From Camelus dromedarius (Eukaryota), in the NCBI RefSeq assembly GCF_036321535.1, contig NC_087436.1, forward strand, positions 78,990,001-79,054,000: a stretch of DNA of 64,000 bases, in the 5' to 3' direction. Both the position numbers and the translations under genes were made by a program. The notes below the pieces were generated by a model. It worked only from the letters and a program-made list of their open reading frames with translations, was not told the origin of the DNA and did no database searches. Within the stretch, counting starts at the first letter, position 1. Each line of letters opens with the position of its first letter. Below, one piece after another: positions 35,951-46,899 of the stretch.

Positions 35951-38900
35951 TCACTTTCTTGTTGCATAAGCCTCCCCTTACCCGTAGTCTAAAGCCTAAC
36001 CCCTTCCCGTGGTTTACTGAGCCTCTGTGATGTGGTGCCTGCCGGGCTCTGCAGCGCCTCTCTTGCCTCCCTCCCTGCCCTCTGGAGGGCTCGTATTCCA
36101 TGTTCCAACTGTAAGGCATTTCTTACTTCTTCTCTTAGGAACTTACTATCCCATCTGCCTGAAATGCCCATTCTCCCTTTTAGTCCTGGAGATTGGTCCT
36201 CACCCTTGAGGTTCAGATTTGCTATCACGTCCTTTCTTAAGCCTGGCCCGCCATTCTTCCGATCCTGGGTTGCACAAACACAGTACGGAACTGAATCTTA
36301 GTACTGACGACACTGTCTTCCCCGCTAGCCTGTGAGCTGCCCAAGTATGAGGACTGCTTCTGGTTCTTTGTTACACCTCCTGCCCTGGCGTGGTGCCTGG
36401 AACACAGTGGTCTCTTGATAAATATTTATGGAATGAAAGAATGCCTGGATGGTCATTTAGAATTTTGAACAGATGTCAGGAAGAAGTGCAGTGGACCTCA
36501 GGTCGCTGTCTAAAGAGCAGCACGTCATGTAATTCACTGTAGCTGGGGCAGAGACCAGCCAGGAAATGCAGGAGTCTTCTCTCCTGGAAGGTACCTCTTA
36601 GTTTCTTATTGCTTCAGCTTTGAAACGGACTCATAGGGGCTCTGAGCTAGAGAAACTCTTAGATATCATGTAGTCCAACCCCCTCATTGTAAAGAAGGGG
36701 AAAGTTGAGGCTTGGTGAGAGGAAGGACCTTAATTATCGTGAGGTTTTTCTTTTTTCCATTTTGGGGGAAATGTCTTTTTTTTAATTGAGATGTAATTGA
36801 CACATAACATGATTATTAGTTTCAGGTGCACAACAATTATGTATTCAATATTTGTATATATTGCAAAATGATCACCAGGGTAATTCTAGTTAACAGCCAT
36901 CACATACATAGTTATAATTTTTTTCTTGTCATGAGAACTTTTAAGATTGACTCTCTTATAGCAACAAATATATATAACAGTATTATTAACTGTAGTCACC
37001 ATGCTGTACTACTAAAAAAAAAGAATGAGAATTTCCCTTTACACATACTATTAAAATAATACTACTAATAAAAATTTAGAAATGAGAGAAAAAGAAGGAA
37101 AATTAATTAATTGTTCCTCTATATTATATATAAACAGTTATTATTGACACACAAGGAATTTTCTTCCAGTCTTTTTTCTGTGCTTAGATTTACTAGTTTT
37201 TTACATAGTTTTGATCTTGAATAGCTGCGTAATGTCAGGCATTCATACCCTGCTTCATTTGGGCATTCTTTAACTAGCAGACATTTACATTGTTCTTATT
37301 TTTTTATTCTAAGTGCTATTCCATACACTGAGATGAACATTTGTGTGTAGGCTTATTCACTCTCTTCCATAATGTGATTTTTACCATGTAGGCTAGATAT
37401 TACACTTATTTATAAATGTCTACTTTCTAGTAAGCAGGAGACATTTTTATAGATACTGTGTTGCCATCTCCTCCTCCTATACCTTTTTTAGTCAGGTCCT
37501 CTCCTTTGCACTGATTTTAAAGCATTACTTACTGATTTTACACTATGGTTTACGTGAAACATTCCATATAACTTCCTATCTTTGTTTTCCCCCTATGGTT
37601 TTCTTCATTTCCTATAGTTCTGAATCAACTCTGGATTAAATCTTCCCTGGCCATTCCAGCTCACACTGGTGTTTTTTTCTCTCACCTCATTCTGCATTTT
37701 GTAACCTTTGCCATGTCATTATTTCGGTTTGCAATTTTAGTACTCAAAGAGTTGCTTATTTCTTTGAGCGCTTTGTCTGAAACTGAAGTACCTTGTTGAA
37801 TGCGATAGTAATACATGCTTGCTATAAAACATTGAAATAATATGTAGGTATATAAATACCAGACAGTGAAAAATATTTATAATACTTCCATTCCTCTAAT
37901 CTCACAATGTAACCACTGTTAGTGGTTTGGTGTATATTCTCCCAGACTTCAAAAAAATTGTCTATCAACAAAATTTTGTTTTAATAGTCAGCTATTCCAA
38001 TTAGTTTTTTACATAGTTATGACATATTATTCCAATATATTAGAAGTACGCAGATTTCATCCTAAAAAATCTGGATGGTCAAATATATTCGTATTTGATT
38101 ACATTTCCATTCATTTCCCTCATTTAAAAAGTTGTATCTATTTTTAACACATCTCTGCTTAAGTATTAGTTCTCTTTAATCATATTGAATATTCATTTAT
38201 TCAATAAACATTTATTGATCAGGAGCAGCCTGTGAGGCAGGAGGAAAACCAGGAGATTTCGATGGCCTGAAAGCTAAGTGTAGAAAGCATTTCAAGGAGA
38301 CAGTGCTCCACTGTGTCAGTGCTGCTGGGATGTGGGGTGGTAAGAAGAGAACTGACCGCTGGATTTTGCAAGATGGAGAGGCCATTGATGACCTTGATCT
38401 ATAGATATGTCCCTGAAATATTAACAGTGATTTTTACTTTCTTTTTTGCACTTTTCTGTATTGTTTTATTTATTTATTTTTTAAACGAATGTGTCATTTT
38501 TTACAATCAGGGAAAAAGTTTTTTCATTTTGAATGGTAGAGGGGAAGGCTGGTTTAAGAGAGAAATCAGTTGCTTCCCTACAACTTTAACTCACAAACTT
38601 AGTTTAGGTATTTTACTCTGTTACCAACACTTTGAAAAAAAAAAAAAAAAAAGAAATCAACTAGTCCACATATCTATCTGCCTAACGTTCAGAACATTAC
38701 TCTAATAGTTGTGGACATTAAGATACTGTTTAGATTTCCATTTAAAAATCAAACTTACCAGAACATAAGCTTTTTTAAAAACATTAAAAAAAATATTTAA
38801 ACTAGAACTTTTATTAGAAGCATTAAGTAGTTTCATTACATACTGCACATGTAACACGGTGTCTTTGGTGTCTTTGAGAATCCTAGTGCAAAAGAAGTAA

Positions 38901-40284
38901 AAATTAAAACTTGGTGACACACTTGAAAAGGGTTTTCAACATAGTAGTGGGCTGCAGCACACTGATGGAGGCCCCCTATACTGTTTTCTCATTGTCTTAT
39001 TATTTTGCACTATTTTTAAGTATAAATAACTGATTAATACTTTTGTATCCTAAATAAATTATTAGCTACTTATAGTCAGAGTATGTCTTTTGGATCCTAT
39101 AATGGTGTTTTTCAAACCTGTTAGTACATCTTGAAATCAATTTTAGTGGGTCATAGTTGGCATTACTTTTTATATACACATATTTATACACACACATATA
39201 TTTGTGTGTAGCATCAAGTAAGGGTAAATTCTGTTTATGAAACTTCTAGATTGCAGCAAAATATTTGAAAAGCCCTGTCCTGAAATAATTATGGAAGTAT
39301 GTTAAAATTTCAATTAAATAGAGTTTGGCTGTCCAGGAAGAAACTTTGGCAACCTAGAATACAGCCCCCAAATCAGAAATTTAACTTAAAAATGTCATTT
39401 GAGTTACAAAAGCAAACTTCACTTACGATGAACACCTCAGTCTACCTCAGAATCCATTTAGTCTTATTTGAGAGAATTATTAAACCTAGCTGTTCCCTTT
39501 CCCAATCTACAACAAATTAGAAAGAGTATATTAGAACTAAGTGAAAAGAACTCTGTCTGTTAGTGACAGACACCAACAGTAATAGGAAAGAATAACCAGC
39601 AGTCTGGGAAGGTCAGAGCTGCTATAAAAGAACTCCTAAGATAAGTGTAGGTGCTTTGGATAGGAGCAGACCGATGCAGACACCTATTTGCCCCAAAGGG
39701 CATAATTCTGATACTGTAAGGGGCAGTGAGGAAGGCACTGAACTAGGATATCAGGAAAGCTGACTTTCACATTCATGCAAGACCAGCAGCATAATATGGG
39801 CCAAGTGGCTTAACCTCTCCCTCCATCCCAGTTTCCTAATCTGTAAAATGGAGTAGATGTACTAGACGTTCTTGAAGTCTCGTTCCCCTTCAACAGTGTT
39901 CTCATTTCAGTGAATTTACAGGTAAGGCTGGATTATGATCTAAATCATAAATACATCATTTTGAACAAACTGGGCAACTGACTTGTATACTTCTTTTAAG
40001 GAGTGAGTAAGAAATTAAAATTATTTTGTGGTATGTTTGCGTCTTAAAATACTACGTTTCTGAGTTTCTCTATTATCTGACTATTTCATGGTAACTATAT
40101 GAATGTGCTTGAGAATATCTGTAGAATTTGGCTACTTATACTTGGCTTTATTTCTACAGGAATTGGAGGCCACTTTAGGACCATTTAAGGCATTTTCCCT
40201 TTTTGTTTTGGTTTTTGTTTTGCATTTTCCCTTTTTGAATTTCTTCACTTGTGTTTTATATTTTTCATTTTTTACATTTTCTAG

Positions 40285-42274
40285 ATGGTTGTCCAAATGC
40301 AAACCTGGTCCTGGTTTCAACAGTAGCATTTTTTCTTTTCTTCAACGGAAAGTAGAGGATGGAGACCAGCGATATCAGTATTGCTCACTGATAATAAAAG
40401 GTGTCTCTCTCAAGCAGCAGCTTCAGTGGGACCCCAGCAGTCACCACTTGCAAGGGTTCATGGACTTCGGTCTTGGCAGACTTGACGCTGACGAAACGCC
40501 ACTTGCCTCAGAAACTGTTTTGCTCATGGCAGTGGGTATTTCTGGTCCTTGGAGAACACCTCTTGGCTATTTTTTCATAAACAGGGCGTCTGGATATTTG
40601 CACGCTCAGTTGCTTCGCCTGACGATTGGCAAACTGAGTGACATCGGGATCACAGTTCTGGCTGTCACGTCTGATGCTACAGCTCACAGTGTTCAGATGG
40701 CAAAAGCGTTGGGGATACATATTGATGGAGACAACATGAAGTGTACCTTCCAGCATCCTTCATCTTCTAGTCAACAGATTGCCTACTTCTTTGATTCTTG
40801 CCACTTGCTTAGATTAATAAGGAATGCATTTCAGAATTTTCAGAGTGTCCACTTTCTTAACGGCACAGCACACTGGCAGCACCTTGTGGAGTTAGTAGCA
40901 CTAGAGGAACAGGAATTACCGAATCTGGAGAGAATCCCAAGAAAACTTGCAAATTTGAAAAACCACATACTGAAATTGAATTGTGCTGCCCAGCTCTTCA
41001 GTGAGAGCGTGGCGGGCGCACTGGAATGTTTGCTGTCTCTAGGTCTGCCTCCTTTTCAGAACTGTACTGGGACCATCCATTTCTTACGCTTAATTAACAA
41101 TTTGTTTGACATTTTTAATAGTAGGAACTATTATGGAAAGGGATTTAGAGGACCTCTCTTGCCTGAAACTTTTAATAAAATTAACCATGTGTTAATTGAA
41201 GCCAAGACTATTTTTGTTACATTAGCTGACACTAGCAATAATCAAATAATTAAAGGTAAGCGAAAATTGGGATTCCTGGGATTTTTGCTTAATGCTGAGA
41301 GTTTAAAATGGCTCTACCAAAATTATGTTTCCCCCAAAATCATGCCTTTTCCATATCTTCTGACTTACAAATTCAGTCAAGATCATCTGGAATTATTCCT
41401 AAAGTTGCTGAGACAGGTATCAGTAACCGTTTCTAACCTTACCTGCATGGCATTCCAGAAAGCTTACCATAATGTGGAGACCAGATACAGATTACAAGAT
41501 GAAGTTTTTCTAAGTGAAGTAAGCATCCTTGACATTTCAATTGCTCGAAGGACAGACTTGGCCCTTTGGACAGTTCAGCGTCAGTACGGTGTCAGCATTG
41601 TAAAGACTCTTTTTGACAAAGAGGATATTTGCTGCGACTGGTCTGACTGTTTGCTAAGTGAGGCATTACTAGACCTGTCAGATCATAGGCGAAATCTAAC
41701 CTGTTGTGCTAGTTACATTGCAGATAAATTATCAACTCTTTTAACATGTGAGGACTGCATCAGTGCACTCTATACATCGGATCTCAAAACCTCTAAAATT
41801 GGATCACTGTTATGTGTTAAAAAGGAGAATGGTGTGCATTTCCCTTCAGAAAGTTTATGCCGAGTCGTAAATATTTGTGAGCGAGTTGTAAGAACCCATT
41901 CAAGAATGGCAGTGTATGAATTATTACCTCCTCAACAGAGGGAATTTTATCTTCAACAGAAAATATTACATGAGCTTTCTGGGCATATTTATCTTTTTGT
42001 AGATTTAAATGAGCATCTCTTTGATGGAGAAGTATGTGCCATCAATCACTTTGTAAAGTTACTAAAGGATATAATAATCTGTTTCTTAAAGATGAGAGCT
42101 AATGATCTAGCTCAGCCCCCTTTAAAACACAATTCAGAAAAGACTGAAATGAAAACTTTGTCAAGGAAACACTGGTCATCTTTACCAAATTATAAATGTT
42201 CAAGTTTTGCTAATAGCAGTAAATTCAGGCATTTGCTAAGTAACCATTCAAATGAAGGGCCTAAAATAAATTAA
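40285..42274 (+). CDS. THAP9: THAP9 exon 5: RNase H-like catalytic domain with GTP-binding insertion and C-terminal region; full protein 906 aa
   Basis: ttttctag|A TGG, phase 2; open to TAA at 42272-42274; motifs GFMD304FG, VTSD374, FFD414SCH, LFDIFNS, QDHLE613LF; total CDS 2721 nt. Confidence 0.96.
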
Positions 42275-43967
42275 AAATTTTTATTAGAAATAAGTAGTCA
42301 ACATTTATTTTAATGTTCAACTTACCATATTTTACAAATTGACCATTCTGCACAGTGGACAAGTTTGCAGTTCTGATTTACTGGAATATCTATTATGCAC
42401 ATTATCACATCTGCTTGGACTTCGGTAAGACTTGCAGCGTTTCAGTTACCCAAAATGTAGAAAGCAGTAAGTCAGTAGGAACAGACCAGCCAACGGGTGC
42501 TGTCTTTGAATTTACTACTATATGACTGAGTAATTTGACAGGACATACTTTAAAAATGAGAGAATGACAACGAGGAGCCACCAAAACATTGAGTCCTTTT
42601 ATAAAAACTACCTAAAAGAGCATTTGTTCACAGCTCTTAAGAATATTAACAGGATACCTATCAAACCTTGAACATAATCCTTAGTTACACATGAAAATCA
42701 GGATACGATTTGAAAATTAGACTGAATTAAACATCAAACACCACAAAAATCCACTTGCTGGGGTACCCTGAAATGGAAATAATTATGCTTTATCAGGCAG
42801 AAGGTAAACACGTGAGCCATGAGGTGGTTTTGTGCTGCAACTGAGCTGGGGAATGTTGGGGACTTCATAGGTGATACCATTTTCACAATCCATTGTCCCT
42901 GGACTTCAAGGTACCACTTTTGAATGATAGAATGGATACTTTCTTGACTCCTATTGGAGGAACCCAGTGCTCATCAGAGAATGAGAAGACTTTACTTCAA
43001 CTTCTGAAGTCCACTTGTGTTTGCAGGGAGGCTAAAATAATGAAACATACTTTGAATGTTGAATAATGGCATTTCGTAACATGTGATTAATACAATTGGA
43101 AAAAATGATCAGTTGAGACAATGAGTATGAAAAAGTTTGTCTTAATTACATAATGAATTTTTTCAGAAATTTAGCAGAAGCTTAAATAATCGGAAGATGG
43201 AGACTAATACCGAGGACAATTTTCTTCGTTCTCTCACACCCAGATTTGAAAAGATAAATAGAAAACCATGTAGGTATATGAACTTTCACAAATTGGAGTA
43301 TTTTAATGGATAAAAGAATTAACAGCATGTTATTCACCTGTGTATGTAAAAATCTACTTACTGTTACTGCGTGAATGTTCATAAAGTATAGTTAAGATGG
43401 AAACTTAGAGTTGTAAAAGATTAATGATAGCTAAAAGTTGAGTTTTATTAATTGAAATTCTTCTTAAATAGGATATTTTGATGTATTTTTGCTTGTTCTA
43501 CCTCAAAGGCTTAAGTTTTGAAGTGTAACCAGAGCTGTACTCTTCTACATTTTATATAAGGGATATTGCTGAGAAGTTTAAATAGTGTGGTTTTAGTTTT
43601 GTTTGCAACAGAATGAGTTCAGATGCACCAGGATAAATCTTAAAGGAAGCCTGTTCATAAATCACCACCTTTGACTTACTGCTTATATAAATCCAAGTTT
43701 TATACTTGATCTTTACTTAAACCTAGATTCATATCTGTAGTGTCTTAAGTTCTTTGCTGTTACATTTGACTAATGTACTATATATTCTATAATTTGTTAA
43801 AATAGTGTTTTGCATTATTTAAGTGCTGGATAAATTGGACAAACATTGAAGAAAAGAATCTTCCCATCACTGCCATTAGCACAGTTAATTGCTCTTGTCC
43901 TAATGAAAGTATTCCAAGTCTGATGTGAGATTTATTTGATATGATGATATGACAGTGAAATTTTTAA

Positions 43968-43973
43968 AATAAA
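43968..43973 (+). terminator. THAP9: Candidate THAP9 polyadenylation signal AATAAA
   Basis: AATAAA at the end of the unique sequence 3' of the stop, followed by T-rich sequence and then the L1 block. Confidence 0.4.
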
Positions 43974-44089
43974 TTATTTGTTCATATTTAATTAGGGTGA
44001 TTTAGTTTACAACTTCTACCCAGCACCCTTGTTCTTTATTTCCTCTGGAGAAAACAAACATTTCTTTCAGAAATTTATCCTTCCTACTT

Positions 44090-44855
44090 TCAGCAAATAG
44101 TGCTGGAATAGCCAGATGTGCACATGCAAAGGTATTAACTCGAAATGGAACAAAGACTTCAATGTAAGAGGTAAAACTGTAGAACTCAGAATAAAAGAGA
44201 GTAAATCTTTGAAACTTGGATTAGGCAATAGTTTCTTAGATATGACACCAAGAGCATAAGGCACACAAAATAAATTGCATTTCATCAAAATTAAAAACTT
44301 GTGCTTCTACCATCGTGGAAGTGAAACAGCCTGTAGAAAATTTTTGCAAATCATGTATCTGATAAAGGCCTTGTATCCAGAATATATAGAGAACTCCTAT
44401 AACTCAATAACAAAGGAAAATAATCCAGTTTTTAAAATGGATTAAAAAATTATGAACAGACATTGTTCAAAGGAAATATACAAATGGCCTATAAATACAT
44501 GAATATGTACTCAACATCATTAGCCGTCTGGGAAATGCAAATCAAAACCACGAGATACGCTTCACACCCACCAGGATGGCTATAATAAAAAAAGACATAA
44601 TAAGTGTTGGCAAGAATGTGAAGCTGGAACCCTCATACAGTGTTGGTGGGAATGCACATACTTTGGAAAACAGCGTGGCAGTCCTTCAAAAGGTTAAACA
44701 TAGAATTACCATATGACTCAGCAATTCTCTTGAAAGGGCATATACCCAAATGAAATGTGCACAGATTTCATAGCAGCATTATAATAGCTAAAAAGTGAAA
44801 AAGCCTAAATGTCTAGCTGATAAGTGGATAAATAATAAATGTTGAATCCATACAG
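44090..44855 (+). mobile_element. L1 fragment (ORF2 end/3'UTR), plus strand
   Basis: ttaggcaatagtttcttagatatgacacc...ggaaatgcaaatcaaaaccac...gaattaccatatgactcagcaatt. Confidence 0.75.
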
Positions 44856-46760
44856 TGGGTCACATGGGAAGTGTGTTTTACTTTATAACAAACTGCCCTA
44901 AGTGGTTTTTTTTGCAAAGTGATGCACCATGTTGTACCTCAACCAGGAATGTAGGAAAAGTTCCAGTTCCTCTGCTTCCTTCCGAGTACTTGGTATTGTC
45001 AGGGTTTTGTTTTGAATTAGCCATTCTAATGTGTAAGTGTACAGTTACATTCTAAGTGTACAGTGATATTTTATTGTGGCTTTCATTTCCAATTTTTCTA
45101 ATGACTAATGATGCTGAACATCTTTTCATAGGCTTATTTGCTGTTCACATAATCTTAGGTGAAATGTCTGTTCAAGTCTTTTGCCTGTATTTTGGAAGGT
45201 TGGTTGGTTTCTTATTGAATGTTGTATATTCTATCCAGAGAAGTACATTATCAGATGTGCTTTGCAAATATTTTCTCCCAGTCTGTGGCTTTTATTTTAC
45301 TGAGGTATCATTGATGTACAGTATTATATGTTAAAAGTGTACAACATTCAGTTTTTAAAGATAATGTAGCTTTTACTTTTTTAGTGTTTTGAATAGCAGA
45401 CATTAATTTTGATAAGTCCAATATACTAATTTTCTTTCTGTAGGGCTTACTTCTTACTTTAATGTCTAAGAAATCTTTGTATAACGCAAGATCACAGAGA
45501 TTTTTCCTATGTTTTCTTGTCGATATTTTGCAGTTTTAGGTTTTGCATTTAGGTTATGATCCATTTTTGGTTAATTTTGGTGTGTACTGTAAGTTCATAT
45601 TTTTTTACATATGGGTATCCTAGCACCATTTGTTAAAAGGACTATTGTTTTCCGGTGAATTACCTATGAACCCTTGCCAAAAACTGATCACATATATATG
45701 AATCTATTTCTGGGCTCTGTTTCCTTGACCTGTGGGTCTTTCACCAATACTGCACTATCTTGACTAGCCTTATATAAGACTTGAAGTCAGGAAGGAGTCC
45801 TCAACTTTATTCTTTTTTCAAGAATGTTTGACTATTCTAGTTGCACCTTTCCATATAAGCTTTACAATCAGCTTGATTTTACAACCCCCTGCTGAGACTT
45901 TGACTGGAGTTAACGTTGAATCTAGAGATTTGAGGAGAAATGACATCTCAATATTGAATGTTCCAATCCATGAACATGATGTGTGTATATATACGTATTT
46001 TTTCTTAAGGTTGTCTTTGATTTTCTAATCAGTGTTTTCTGCATTTCACATACAGATCTTGTATGTACTTTTGTTACATTTCATGTTTTGTGCTACTATA
46101 AATGATAATTTTAGAATTTTAGTTTCTAAATGTTCATTGCTACTGTGTAGAAATACACTTTTGCATACTTTGTAAAACTCACTCACTAGTCTTAGTACCT
46201 TTTTATCTAGCTCCTTTGACTTTACTATATAGGAAATCACATCATCCACAAATAGATATTGTCATATTTATTCATTTCTCATCTGTGGCCTTTTTAATAA
46301 AAAGACCTTATTGTACAGTGCCCTTAAATACAATGTTCAGGAGGAGTGTTGTGTTCCCAATCTTAGGGAAACATTCATTCTTCACCATTCATATGAGGTT
46401 AGCTGTAGGCTCTTTTGGTTGTGGATCCCTTCTATTCCTAGTTTGCTGAAGTTTTTTGTTTTTGTTTTTTTTTTAATCATAAGTGGTGTGTTGCATTTCA
46501 TCAGATGATTTTTCCACACCTTTTTTTGGAAAAAAATTGAGATAATTTACATACCACAGTATTTGCCCTTTTAAAGCATACAATCTAGTAGGTATATTCA
46601 AAAGGTTATTTTCTGCAGTTTTTGCAATGATCACATGGTTTTTCTTTTGTATGCCAATACATTGAACTACATTGATTTTTTTTTTTTTTTAATGTTGAGT
46701 GAACCTTTATTTCTGAGATAAACCCAACCTGGTCATGATGTATTCTTTTTATTTATTGTC
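44856..46760 (-). mobile_element. L1 fragments, minus strand
   Basis: gggtcacatgg...taatgactaatgatgctgaacatcttttcat...ttgcaaatattttctcccagtctgtgg...gataaacccaacctggtcatg. Confidence 0.7.
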
Positions 46761-46899
46761 AGATTTCACTTACTAGTATAATTATAAATTATAGTTATGT
46801 TAAAGTCTGTGGCTGTATAAAATAAACGTTACCCTGAAGATACTTAAACTTTCTTACTGCTTTTGAGTAAACTAAAAATGACTTATATGCTCTCATTAA

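Noticed and set aside
38313..38705. 130-aa ORF with a transmembrane-like segment in THAP9 intron 4
   Set aside because: Non-ATG start; spans old repeat remnants, T-rich sequence and a poly-A run; no domain or splice support.
39911..39921. 11-nt micro-exon (tttcag|TGAATTTACAG|gtaagg) in THAP9 intron 4
   Set aside because: Frameshifting, next to a MIR remnant, and no other support from sequence alone.
40103..40284. First 61 codons of the 723-aa ORF as a hydrophobic N-terminus or a stand-alone transposase
   Set aside because: This is the T-rich intron end of THAP9 intron 4. The real acceptor is at 40284/40285, and the alternative AG at 40159 is in the wrong phase for exon 4.
25141..44000. Active autonomous P element
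   Set aside because: No terminal inverted repeats or 8-bp TSD seen. It has a CpG-island promoter, repeat-filled introns and the usual SEC31A-THAP9-LIN54 order, all indicating a domesticated host gene.
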